From the NCBI GenBank assembly GCA_043744895.1, contig JAYTTT010000271.1, positions 143-64,142 on the forward strand: 64,000 nt of DNA, read 5' to 3'. This stretch comes from Gemmatimonadota bacterium. Lineage in GTDB: Bacteria; Gemmatimonadota; Gemmatimonadetes; Gemmatimonadales; GWC2-71-9. Position 1 is the first letter of the stretch. Each line of letters opens with the position of its first letter. Shown in pieces: positions 43,323-52,818 of this stretch. The position numbers were made by a program, and so were the translations under genes. The notes below the pieces were generated by a model. That model was given only the letters and a program-made list of their open reading frames with translations, ran no database searches and had not been told where the DNA came from.

Positions 43323-43591
43323 GACGCGGGGTCGGCCAGGACGCCAATCACGGTGGGGCCGGGTTCAACTTCCACATCGACGGCAAGGCGGCGTTCGTCG
43401 CCGGAGGGATTTGGATGCCGTCGCGGCCGTCGCTCACCAAGATCCGGGACCGGCTGGCAGACGACTGGCGGCCTTTCGCCCGCCTGGTCGAGCTCCCCGC
43501 ATTTCGGCGAAGGTTCGGTCCGATCGACTCGGAGGCCATGCTGACACGGGTGCCCCGAGGCGTTGCGCCCGACTACGCGGCGGCTCAGTGG
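43323..43591 (+). pseudogene. DUF2461 gene fragment (internal ~90 codons)
   Basis: About 90% identical by eye to 32031-32305 of the intact gene (GAGF.FHIDGKAAFVAGGIWMPSRPSLTKIRDRLADDWRPFARLVELPAFRRRFGPIDSEAMLTRVPRG). No start codon and no C-terminus. Confidence 0.75.
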
Positions 43592-43759
43592 GGTCGGCCG
43601 TCACCTGTTCCGAGCCGCCGGGCCCCGAAGCGGCTGATCCCCGGCGCGATCGTCCTCGGCTCGGCCACGTTCATGATGAGCGGTCTCCCGGGGAGCCCAG
43701 CCATCCCGGACGCGATCGCGATGCCGTTCTTCGGCACCGAACGCCCACCGGGGCGTGGC

Positions 43760-43963
43760 TCAATCGTCGAGAACGAAGGTCACCCTCAGAATGACGCGGT
43801 AGGTGGTGATCTTGCCCTTGTTGACGATGACCTTCTGGCTGGCAACCCAGGCCCCCGAGACGTTGCGGAGCGTCTTGTCGGCGCGGGCGATACCCTTGGT
43901 GAGGGCGTCTTCGAAACTCTTGGGCGAGTCTGAAATGAGCTCGGATACCTTGGCGATGGACAC
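43760..43963 (-). CDS. Dodecin-family flavin-binding protein
   Basis: 67 aa from the GTG at 43963, preceded by GGGAGG. SIAKVSELISDSPKSFEDALTKGIARADKTLRNVSGAWV...YRVILRVTFVLDD. Confidence 0.7.
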   Translation of the reverse strand: MSIAKVSELISDSPKSFEDALTKGIARADKTLRNVSGAWVASQKVIVNKGKITTYRVILRVTFVLDD

Positions 43964-44102
43964 GGTGGAACCTCCCTGGGATGAAGAGACTCTAGCCAGC
44001 CATGGATGAATACCGCGGATGCCCCGGATCGGGAATCGCTCCAAGTGGGGATTGACGGGGTCCCGATCACGACGTCTTCGCCGTCACCTGAGATGTCAAC
44101 GC

Positions 44103-44508
44103 TCAGGATGCCCCTGCCGTCGGGCTGTCCGTCGCCTCGGCCTGACCGTGGAAGGCGTAACCACGCATTTGCCTCTTGGCGCAGTACATGGCGGCGTCGG
44201 CACGGGCAATCAGGTCAGCGCCGGTCGTGGCGTGGTCAGGAAACAGTGCGATGCCGATGCTCAGGCTGACCACGATATCCAAAGCATCGACCCTGATCGG
44301 GACAGCGATATTCGCGAGAATATGTTGAGCGATGCGTTCGACGTTCTCACTGCCCTGCGGATTGACGAGCAAGTAGAGGAACTCGTCGCCGCCAGTGCGG
44401 CAGACGGTGTCTTCGTCGCGGGCATGCTGGAGCAAGCGATGCGCGACCTCCTTGAGAACGACGTCGCCCGCCGCATGGCCGTGGTTGTCATTGATGCTCC
44501 TCGGGGGG
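44103..44508 (-). pseudogene. GGDEF (diguanylate cyclase) domain fragment lacking N-terminus and sensor
   Basis: SINDNHGHAAGDVVLKEVAHRL...RTGGDEFLYLL...SIGIALFPDH...LIARADAAMYCAKR. The upstream sequence is in another frame and is not GGDEF-like. Confidence 0.6.
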
Positions 44509-44648
44509 CGAATATGTCGGGCTGGTCGCGATCGATGATCAGGAGTGGGATGTGTATTTCGGGGCGCTTCGCCTCGGACGGCTTCACGAAGCCACCGGGC
44601 GGATCGAAGATGCCCTGGGGCGCCAGCACCGGCGCCCCTACTAAGAAC

Positions 44649-44695
44649 TGTTACCTATGTCCTTAGACTGTTGTGTCACCTATGTCCTTAGACTG
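44649..44695. repeat. AT-rich tandem 22-mers (TGTYACCTATGTCCTTAGACTG x2, period 25)
   Basis: Read directly: 44649-44670 and 44674-44695 match at 21 of 22 positions. They are about 41% G+C in a ~67% G+C genome. Confidence 0.8.
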
Positions 44696-44756
44696 CTCAG
44701 GCTCCTTTCCGCCGCTCCAGCGGCACTTCCCATCCTACGACAGGGATCCAACTTCT

Positions 44757-45827
44757 TCAGATCGCCTCTGGCGTGCGCCTCTGTCCCTCCTCGAAAAGCA
44801 GCTGGAATCCTTTCGGATCGCGCCCCGTGACCACGGCGACGATCCGATTGACCGCGAGACGCAGCCGCTCGAGAGCCTCCAACGAATGAGGGTTCCCGGC
44901 CTGGATCTCGTAATAGACCTCCGGGCTCTCCCGAACAACGGCCGCTGCAAGCGATTCCAGAGCCTGGAAGGTGGTGCTGCGCACGGGATGCTCGGTTTGT
45001 GGCAGGGCGAGCGCGAAGGCGATGGCAGCGGCGTGGGCGAGGCTGAGGAGATCGGCCATGATGCGGTCGTGGTCCGCAAGCGGCATGCGCACGAGATGCG
45101 CAGTGGTCGCCTGGAAGAGCTTCTCCACCGTCGACGTAGCTTCTGAATCGCCAGTGTCGCAGATCACGACGTCGGCATCGCGCAGGAGAACGGCGGACGG
45201 ACCGAACATGGGATGGATCGAGGCGACACGGCCCCCGGCTCTCTGCAGGATGCGGATCGGCTCGATGAGGGGCGTCTTGATGCTGGCGATGTCGACCACC
45301 ACTCCTGCTGGCGGTTTGGCGGCCCATTCGTTGTAGAGTTTAGCGGTGGCTGCTGGCGGCGTGGAACACACGACCAGTTCCGCCGACGGCAATGCCTGGC
45401 GAGCCCACGCCTCTTCGTCAGGCGCGGCGGCCGGGTCGAGAGCGCCGGTCGTGTAGCCCTGGGCTGCGAGAAAGTGCCGCAACCACCGGCCCATGCGGCC
45501 GGCGCCGCCGACGACTACGGCGCTCTTGCCCGCGCCCAAGGCCGCAAGGCGCAGGCTGTCCTCGTCCTGCGCTAACACCGAGGCACGGATGAGCCCGGTG
45601 AAGAGATATTCGGCCACTCGGGGATCGAGCCCACGCTCTTTGGCTGTGGATCGCGCGCGCTCCAGCACCATTCTCTCCTGAGCGTAGTCCAAGGTGGGGA
45701 GCTTCTGCCGGCGCTTGAGTTCCCCCACGTGCCTGGCAAGCCCCACGCGCTCCGCCGCCAGTGCCACTAGCTCCAGATCGAGCAATCGCATCCGCTCGCG
45801 CAGGCCGTCTAGATTCTCCTCTCCCAT
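44757..45827 (-). CDS. tyrA: Bifunctional chorismate mutase / prephenate dehydrogenase
   Basis: The ATG at 45827 follows AAGAGGAG. N-terminal CM_2 (LRERMRLLDLELVALAAERVGLARHVGELKRRQKLP), then the Rossmann motif VVVGGAGRMGRW and the PDH core. Confidence 0.75.
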   Translation of the reverse strand: MGEENLDGLRERMRLLDLELVALAAERVGLARHVGELKRRQKLPTLDYAQERMVLERARSTAKERGLDPRVAEYLFTGLIRASVLAQDEDSLRLAALGAGKSAVVVGGAGRMGRWLRHFLAAQGYTTGALDPAAAPDEEAWARQALPSAELVVCSTPPAATAKLYNEWAAKPPAGVVVDIASIKTPLIEPIRILQRAGGRVASIHPMFGPSAVLLRDADVVICDTGDSEATSTVEKLFQATTAHLVRMPLADHDRIMADLLSLAHAAAIAFALALPQTEHPVRSTTFQALESLAAAVVRESPEVYYEIQAGNPHSLEALERLRLAVNRIVAVVTGRDPKGFQLLFEEGQRRTPEAI

Positions 45828-45936
45828 GAAAGCTCCTCTTAACCTCGTCCTCCACGGTTCGAGCAAGCGGCTCCTTGCCAGCCCCTCTCGCGAGCTTACC
45901 GTCCCTCAGGCCTTCTAACGCATTGGAATTAAGCTG

Positions 45937-45957
45937 CGGAGGCGCGAAGCGCCTCCG
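45937..45957. terminator. Perfect 9-bp GC-rich hairpin (CGGAGGCGC-GAA-GCGCCTCCG) between brnA and tyrA
   Basis: Read directly. An outer GGAATT/AATTCC pairing (45925-30 / 45967-72) extends it. It lies 19 nt past the brnA stop. There is no clear U-tract. Confidence 0.5.
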
Positions 45958-45975
45958 TCAGTCTTCAATTCCTTG

Positions 45976-46215
45976 TTAGGCACTGCGTGCGCGCCGAGGC
46001 CGGCGGCGGGCTATCGGCACAACAGCGATAATGGCCCGCAGCGCCCGGTTGACGGCCTCGGCGTCCTTAAACGTGGCTGCCACGTCGGGGTCGAGCAGCA
46101 CGACGTTGGTCCCAGCGCGGTACCGCGCAGCGTACTTGCCACGGACGCCGCCGGAGAAATCGTACTCCACCCGCATCCCGTCGGAGGTTCGCTTCGCCTT
46201 ACTGATCTTCTTCAT
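45976..46215 (-). CDS. brnA: BrnA-like antitoxin
   Basis: Start at the ATG at 46215 (MKKISKAKRTSDGMRVEYDFSGGVRGKYAARY...). EYDFSxGVRGKY is the typical motif of BrnT/HigB partners. It overlaps brnT by 17 nt. Confidence 0.6.
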   Translation of the reverse strand: MKKISKAKRTSDGMRVEYDFSGGVRGKYAARYRAGTNVVLLDPDVAATFKDAEAVNRALRAIIAVVPIARRRPRRARSA

Positions 46216-46480
46216 AGGTCGCCCGCTCTTGGCGGGTGGCTTTTCGAGCGCTGATGATCCGGATCGTATCGTTGCGCTCGGTATGCGATACGATGACAAT
46301 GAGCCCCCGCTTGGTTGCCCCGATCAGCGCAAACCGACTCTCGGCCGTCGAGTGGAGCGGATCGGGGACCGAGATCGAGTGCGGATCGCCGAAGGCAGTG
46401 GAGGCGTCTTCGAACGAGACCCCGTGCTTCCGAACGTTCGCGGCGGACTTCGCGGCATCCCAGGTAAAACCAAGGGCCAT
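46199..46480 (-). CDS. brnT: BrnT-family (DUF497) toxin
   Basis: 93 aa. FTWDAAKSAANVRKHGVSFEDASTAFGDP...RIISARKATRQERATYEE. Confidence 0.8.
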   Translation of the reverse strand: MALGFTWDAAKSAANVRKHGVSFEDASTAFGDPHSISVPDPLHSTAESRFALIGATKRGLIVIVSHTERNDTIRIISARKATRQERATYEEDQ

Positions 46481-46646
46481 GGCGGAATGTAGCGGCGATC
46501 ATAACCCGTTGTACAGGTTTGCGTTACGAGAGGACTTGGACCAGGTCGCCGGGGCTGCGGCGGCCCGGCGTTCAGGGGTGCCAGTCGCATGTGCCTAACG
46601 TCGCGCTTCAGCGGCGGGGCGTAGCCACGTCCGCTGCAAGCGCAGG

Positions 46647-47456
46647 TTAGACGCTCCCGACAATGAATTGCGTGAGATTGCGAAAACGGCGCGGCTCATT
46701 CGCTTCTTGCCACATCAAGTGTCGAACTGCGTCCTTTGCCTCTGCTCTCCGGCTTGGAGCGAGCTTAGCTGTCGTTACACCCGCTAGCACGTCCCAGGCG
46801 AACTCAAAAGAATCAAAGTCGAATCCCAGATCCTCGGTCTCTACATTCGCTTTCAATCCTGCGTCTGCCAGTTGTCTTACAAAAGTAGCGGGGTCTGCCA
46901 TCGCTCCCGGCCCGACGTTCGGCACAGGCGGTTTCGGGGCAAAGCTGCCTGCAGTTTGCTGGAATCGAACAATGTCGCACTTCTCAGGCCCGGCCCATAC
47001 GGCAGCCACCAGGCGTCCGCCGGGTTTAAGCACGCGTACAATTTCCCTGGCAGCGGCCGCCCGATCAATCACGTACATCAAACTGAGAGATGCAAGAACA
47101 ACGTCAAAACGTGACGCTTCCGCTGGAATCACCTCTGCACGGCCTTCACGAAGCTCTACATTCTTAAGACCAATCGAGGCAATCAGCCGGCCTGCCAACT
47201 GCAACATGTCGGGACTAATATCCAGCCCAACTACATTGCCGTCGGAACCCGTAGCCTTCGCAGCGCGAATTGCCACGGCGCCTGTCCCAGTCCCCAAGTC
47301 AAGAACTGTCTCGCCGGGCTTGATCTCGGCGCGGGCAATAACCCCGTCTACGACTGGGACAAACCGCCGATCAATCTCCCGCAGATACAGATCGGAGATC
47401 TGATCCCATACGCCGATCTGCCATGCCAGGCCTTCATCGATATTGTGTTGCGCCAT
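46647..47456 (-). CDS. Class I SAM-dependent methyltransferase
   Basis: 269 aa. GETVLDLGTGTGAVAIRAA, VVGLDISPDML, LKPGGRLV. G+C is visibly lower (sampled lines 52-62%). Confidence 0.7.
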   Translation of the reverse strand: MAQHNIDEGLAWQIGVWDQISDLYLREIDRRFVPVVDGVIARAEIKPGETVLDLGTGTGAVAIRAAKATGSDGNVVGLDISPDMLQLAGRLIASIGLKNVELREGRAEVIPAEASRFDVVLASLSLMYVIDRAAAAREIVRVLKPGGRLVAAVWAGPEKCDIVRFQQTAGSFAPKPPVPNVGPGAMADPATFVRQLADAGLKANVETEDLGFDFDSFEFAWDVLAGVTTAKLAPSRRAEAKDAVRHLMWQEANEPRRFRNLTQFIVGSV

Positions 47457-47485
47457 AGGACCTCCTCTCGCACTTGTGTTGGCGT

Positions 47486-47963
47486 CTAACCTTTACTTAT
47501 GCGGCAAGGACCGCCCAAAACCCAGCCTTTCCCGGCCCCCGGACCACCCGGTCGCAGCATAAGTCACGATTCAATCAAACCCAATCGTCGCCGAACCGCC
47601 ACTCCGCCATGCGGTACACCGCGCCCTCCCGTGGTCCGCCCGTCTTAATTCCTGCAACGGCCGCGAGATAATCCCCCGTTCTCCGCGACTTAGGCTACGA
47701 AAGTCGCCGGAACCCCACCGTACCTGGCATAGCGGTCCGGGTCGGACCATCGGAGGACAACGACTGGACACCTCTTGATTCGGGGGATCACGCCCCGCGG
47801 AAGGGTCCGTCGGCCGCCGACGGATCCGAAGCGGGCGACCCGCCAGGGCCGACGAACGCCCGATCAGCGGACGTGACCGAGGTTCAAGGCGCGACGGGTG
47901 GGTTCCAGCGACGGTGCCATACCACGAACGATTGTACCTGGGTCCCATCGGACCCGGGTGACA
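47486..47963. repeat. Copy 2 of the duplicated non-coding module downstream of an M28 paralog
   Basis: Direct repeat of 41969-42444 with the same sharp left boundary. Confidence 0.85.
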
Positions 47964-49470
47964 CTACGGTCGCGGCGGATCGGCCTGGACGAAATAGCGG
48001 CCCTTCCACCGCGGCCGCTCAGTCCGGTTGGCCACCTCGTGGCCGATCATGAGATTGGCCGTGGCGTAGGTCGTCGCCGCCCCCCAGTCGATCCCCTGGT
48101 CGAACCGGTCCCGGGGAGTGTGGTGGACTCGGCCAAACCACCGCTGCTGGCCGGCGACGTCGCTGGCCAGGCCCGGGAACAGCATCACCGCCGGCACCCC
48201 CACCCGCATGAAAGAGTAGTGGTCGCTTCGGGTGAACACGGTCATGGCCGGCAACGGGTCCTCGCTGGCGGCTATCCCCAACCGCTTGAACGCAGCCGCG
48301 GCCGTCTCGCCGAGCGATGAATACGCCCCGCCATAGACCGCGAAGTCCCGGATCGGACCGATCAGCACCGCGTTGTCGAGGTTGATGTCGGCCACGATCG
48401 ACTTGATCGGGACCGGCGGCTGGTGGACGAAGTAGTCCGAGCCGAGGATCCCCTTCTCCTCCCCAGTCACCGCCAGGAAAATCACCGACCGCCGGGGCCG
48501 CGGGAGTCCCGCGAAGGCCCGGGCCAGCGCCGCCACCACCGCCGTGCCGCCCGCGTTGTCGATCGCGCCATGGTAGACGCTGTCCCCGTCCACCGGCTCC
48601 CCCACGCCAACATGGTCGAGATGGGCCGAGTAGACGACATACTCGCGCTTGAGGACCGGATCGCTCCCCTCGATCATCCCGATCGCATTGTGGGCCACCA
48701 CCGGCCGATGCCGGAAGCCGCCCCGGAACGAGATCGTCACTCCGGTCGTGAACGAGGCCGGGCCCTTGGCAAGCCGCGCCACCACGCCCTCGAACCCCTG
48801 CCCAATCGCGTCGAAGAGCTTCTTGGTCCCGGTGTCCGACAAGCGAAGCACCGGCCCGGTCTCGAAAAATGGAGAGTGCGCGGCCCCAGAGCTATCGGTC
48901 CAGCCGAACCCTTCGAGCTGGCCCAATTGGCGGGCCAGCAATCCGGCGGGGGCCGGCATCAGCGTGATGACCCCGACGGCACCGCGAGCAACGGCGTTTT
49001 GTTCCTTGGCAGGGAGCAACGAATAGTGGCCTCGCTGGTCCGGCGGCACCGAAGCGGGCCCGCCGAAGAGCATCACCACGACCTTGCCGCGAACGTCGAG
49101 CCCGCGGTAGTCGTCGTAGCCCTGTTCCGGCGCCGTCACCCCCCAGCCGACAAAGACCACCTCGCCCTCGAAACTCGCCTGGGCCTGGTTCTTGTCGGCA
49201 TGGACCAGGTAGTCGCTGCCGAGCCCGAGGGCGACGGTCCCCATGGGCCCCGTTAGGCGGGCACTGGTTTCTTCGGCCACGACGGTCGAGTACCGGAGCG
49301 GCACTGGCATCAGATAGGTCGTCAGCCAAGTAGCGAATCGAGGCCGCGATCCATTCGGGCCGGACCCGGCCGACGAGCGGGTCGGCCTTTCGGGGCGCCG
49401 ATTGGGCCGCGACGACCGCGCCGGGCAATCCGGCCCCGACGGCCGACAAGAAAACGAGCCGGGTCAGCAT
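47964..49470 (-). pseudogene. M28-family peptidase (copy 2) with an out-of-frame internal deletion after the signal peptide
   Basis: 49470-49320 encodes MLTRLVFLSAVGAGLPGAVVAAQSAPRKADPLVGRVRPEWIAASIRYLADDL. About 44 codons present in copy 3 (LRGRETGQPG...GGFTS) are then missing and the frame changes before TYLMPVPLRY.... The remaining 448-aa ORF lacks a signal peptide. Confidence 0.6.
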
Positions 49471-49471
49471 G

Positions 49472-50769
49472 TTATCGATCCGGGGTAACCGGGAGCAGGA
49501 GATAGGACGCACGGGAACCGCCATAGTGAACGGTGTTGGTGGCAACCAGCCAGCTGGTTTCGGTGACGTTGTCCCCGCCGGTGTTGAGATTCCGGTCGTG
49601 GAGCGGGTAATCGCTGCTCGAAATCCACAACCGGATCCGGTGACCCGCCGCAAAATGATGGGCGGTCGCCTTGAGACTCACCTCGAGCCGGACCGGCTCC
49701 CCCGGCGTGAGCCAAACCGGCCTCGCCATCCCCTGGCGGTACCGGGCCCGAAGAACCCCGTTGACGACGTTCCAAGCCCGCCCCTCGGGATCGACATCGA
49801 TCAACTTGGCGGTAAAGTCGGTGTCTTTGCGATCGGACGACACGTAAAGCGTCGCACTCACCCGCCCGGCAATCGTCATCCCCCGTTCGAGGGGCGGCGT
49901 GGAATAGATCAGGAGATCCGGCCGGGTCTCGAGGTCGCTCTGATCGAAAGCACCCGGCTCATCCTTCGGATTGCCGGTGCAGCACACCGTGCCGCCTCGG
50001 CTCGGCAGCGGGTCGTCCGGGTCGTAGCGGAACGAGCCGCTGCCCGGCGTCGGTCTTGGTGAGGTAGTACCGGGTCGGCTTCATCGCCGGCACCGGCCAG
50101 TCCGGTGCGGAGCGCCATTCGTTCAGGCCGGTCAGGTAGTACTGGACCCGGGGCCGTTTGGTGATTCCGTTGTCGGCGCCCTTCAGCCAATGGTCGAACC
50201 AATCGAGATAGATCTGCCAATACGGGAGCCTCGCGTCGCCGAATTCACGGGCGCCCACCTTGGTGGGCGCGCCGGCCGCCTCGCTCAGGCAATGGGCCGT
50301 GGGTGACATGATCGCGAATTGGTTGTCCCGGGCCCGGGCCGACACCGAGGTCCGGCGCATCAGGTTGACGAGATACATCGTCTGCTCGGGCGTCACGTCG
50401 AACCACGAATTCACGTGCAGAGTCGGGAGATCGAACCGGTCGTCGTCCCGGACGTAATGCATCTGGTCCCAGTAGGGGTCGGCCGGAGCATGGGTGACGA
50501 AATCCTTGAAGTCGGATGCCGGATAGCCGGCCCGCTCTGCCATCGTCGCCACTGGACTCTTAAGCATCGCCGCGAAATCGAGATGGGCGAGGTCGCCGGT
50601 CGTGCCCTTCACCTTGGAGCCCGCGCCGCCCATCCACCCGAACACCGCCGACAGGGTAAGAGTGCCGCCCTCGTAAGTGCCCCAGTTGGTGTAGAAGCCG
50701 CCCGCCGGCCCCAGCGCGCCGCTCGCCGACTGCGCGATCATCGCGGTGTGGTTGGGATGACATCGAGGA
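49472..50769 (-). pseudogene. CocE/NonD (S15 X-Pro dipeptidyl-peptidase-like) hydrolase, copy 2: 5'-truncated and frameshifted
   Basis: Homology to copy 3 starts at HPNHT (50769). A frameshift near 50037-50042 splits ...DAGQRL from FRYDPDDPLPSRGGTVCCTGNPKDE. The C-terminal beta-sandwich is intact. Confidence 0.7.
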
Positions 50770-51187
50770 GAACCTGAAGCTGGCCCTGCTCCCAATCAAG
50801 ATCATGTCCGCCGGTCTATCCGCGTTAGGCGCGCTGGCGCTGGCGCTGGCGTCGATCGGGCTCTTCGGGGTGATCGGGTTCGCGGTGGGCCGGCGGGCGC
50901 GAGAGATCGGAATCCGGATCGCCCTCGGCGCGACACCGCGCCAAATCCTCGAACTGGTGGGGCGCCAGGCGCTGACCCCGGTCGGTGCCGGGCTTGGGGT
51001 TGGGCTGGTGCTGGCGGTAGCGGCAGGGCATTTGATCCGGGGAATCCTGCACGGGATCTCGCCGTTCGATTCAGTGGCGATCGGAGTCGTGCTCGGCGCA
51101 GTGGCCGGAGCGTCGGGGCTCGCGTTCCTGGTGCCGGCCAAGCGGGCGGCGGCCACCCGGCCCGCCGCCGTGCTGCGCGTGGACTGA
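50770..51187 (+). pseudogene. FtsX-like ABC permease C-terminal fragment (ADOP-type)
   Basis: DIEENLKLALLPIKIMSAGLSALGALALALASIGLFGVIGFAVGRRAREIGIRIALGA... It begins exactly at the CocE-2 breakpoint and has no N-terminal 700+ aa. Confidence 0.65.
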
Positions 51188-51200
51188 CGGCGGTGGTTTC

Positions 51201-52814
51201 CTACGGCTGCGGTGCTTCCCTCTGGAAGAAATAGCGCCCCTTCCACCTCGGCCGGTCGCGTCGATTGGCCACCTCGTACCCGACCATGAGATTGGCCGTG
51301 GCATACGTCACGACCGCCGCCCAATCGATCCCCTGGTCAAACCGGTCCCGCGGCGTGTGGTGAACCCGGCTGAACCACCGCTGCATCCCGGCGACATCGC
51401 TCTCCGCACCCGGAAAGAGCATCACCGCCGGCACCCCCGCGCGCATGAAGGCGTAGTGATCGCTCCGGGTGAAGATCGTCATCGCGGGCAACGGGTCCTC
51501 GCTCGCCTTCAGGCCGAGCCGCTTGAAGGCGGCGACGGCGACCTCGCCGAGCGACGAGTAGGCACCGCCATACGCCGCGAAATCCCGAATCGGCCCGGTC
51601 AGCACCGCGTTGTCGAGATTGACATTCGCGACGATCGAGCCGAGCGGCACCGGCGGCTGGTGCACGAAATAGTCCGAGCCGAGAATGCCTTTCTCCTCGG
51701 CGGTCACGGCCAGGAAAATCACCGACCGCTTGGGCCGGGGCAGCCCCGCGAACCCGCGCGCTAAGGCCGCCACCACGGCCGTCCCGCCCCCGTTGTCGAT
51801 CGCCCCGTGGTAGACGCTGTCCCCGTCGACCGGCTCCCCGACGCCGATGTGGTCGAGGTGGGCCGAGTAGACGACGTATTCGCGCTTGAGCACGGGGTCG
51901 CTGCCCTCGATCATTCCGATCGCCTGGTGGGCAACGACCGCCCGGTGCCGGAATCCGCCGCGGAACGAGAACGTCACCCCCGTCGCGAACGAGACCGGAC
52001 CCGTGGCGAGACGGGCCGCCACGGATTCAAACGTCTGCCCAACGAGGGCGAAGAGTTTCTGGGTGCCGGTGTCCGTTAGGCGCACCACCGGGCCGACTTC
52101 GAAGAACGGTGAGTGGGCGGTGCCGGCACTGTCGGTCCAGCCGAATCCCTCGAGCTGGCCCAGTTGACGGGCCAAGAGGCGCCCGGGCGCCGGCATCAGC
52201 GTGACGATACCGGCCGCGCCACGGGCCACGGCATTCTGCTCCTTGATGGTGAGCGCCGCGAAGTGGCCTCGTTGATCCGGCGGGAGTGCGGCCGGCCCGC
52301 CGAAGACCATCACCACGACCTTGCCACGCACGTCGAGCCCGCGGTAGTCGTCGTACCCCTGCTCCGGTGCCGTCACCCCCCAACCGACGAACACCACCTC
52401 GCCCTCGAAACTCGCCCGGTCCCGGTGCTTATCCGCGTGGACCAGATAGTCGCTGCCCAATCCCAGCGGCACGCTCCCGGCCGGCCCCGCGAGGCTGGCA
52501 CTCGTCTCCTCCTCCACCACGGCCGAGTACCGGAGCGGCACCGGCATGAGGTAGGAGGTGAAGCCGCCCACCGGCTCAAGCCCGGCCGACTCGAACTGCG
52601 CCGCAACATATTTGGCCGCGAGCTCCGCCCCGGGCTGGCCGGTCTCTCGACCCCTAAGCAGATCGTCGGACAGAAAACGAATCGACGCCTCGATCCACTC
52701 GGGCCGGATCCGGCCGAGCAACGGATCCGCCTTACGCGGCCCGGATTGGGCCGAAAGAGCCGCGCCGGGCAACACCCCGGCCATCAGCGCGAGTAACAAC
52801 CAACGCTTGGTCAT
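51201..52814 (-). CDS. M28-family aminopeptidase with PA domain (copy 3, apparently intact)
   Basis: The ATG at 52814 gives a signal peptide (MTKRWLLLALMAGVLPGAALSAQ). HLDHIGVG..HGAIDNGGGTAVV, FLAVTAEEKGILGSDYF, SDHYAFMRAGVPAVM. Confidence 0.75.
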   Translation of the reverse strand: MTKRWLLLALMAGVLPGAALSAQSGPRKADPLLGRIRPEWIEASIRFLSDDLLRGRETGQPGAELAAKYVAAQFESAGLEPVGGFTSYLMPVPLRYSAVVEEETSASLAGPAGSVPLGLGSDYLVHADKHRDRASFEGEVVFVGWGVTAPEQGYDDYRGLDVRGKVVVMVFGGPAALPPDQRGHFAALTIKEQNAVARGAAGIVTLMPAPGRLLARQLGQLEGFGWTDSAGTAHSPFFEVGPVVRLTDTGTQKLFALVGQTFESVAARLATGPVSFATGVTFSFRGGFRHRAVVAHQAIGMIEGSDPVLKREYVVYSAHLDHIGVGEPVDGDSVYHGAIDNGGGTAVVAALARGFAGLPRPKRSVIFLAVTAEEKGILGSDYFVHQPPVPLGSIVANVNLDNAVLTGPIRDFAAYGGAYSSLGEVAVAAFKRLGLKASEDPLPAMTIFTRSDHYAFMRAGVPAVMLFPGAESDVAGMQRWFSRVHHTPRDRFDQGIDWAAVVTYATANLMVGYEVANRRDRPRWKGRYFFQREAPQP

Positions 52815-52818
52815 AGAC

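Noticed and set aside
46501-46530. An imperfect palindrome around TGTACA (TAACCCGTTGTACAGGTTTGCGTTA) upstream of brnT as a BrnA operator.
   Set aside because: Only the outer TAAC/GTTA and the central TGTACA are symmetric. That is too weak to call without comparative data.
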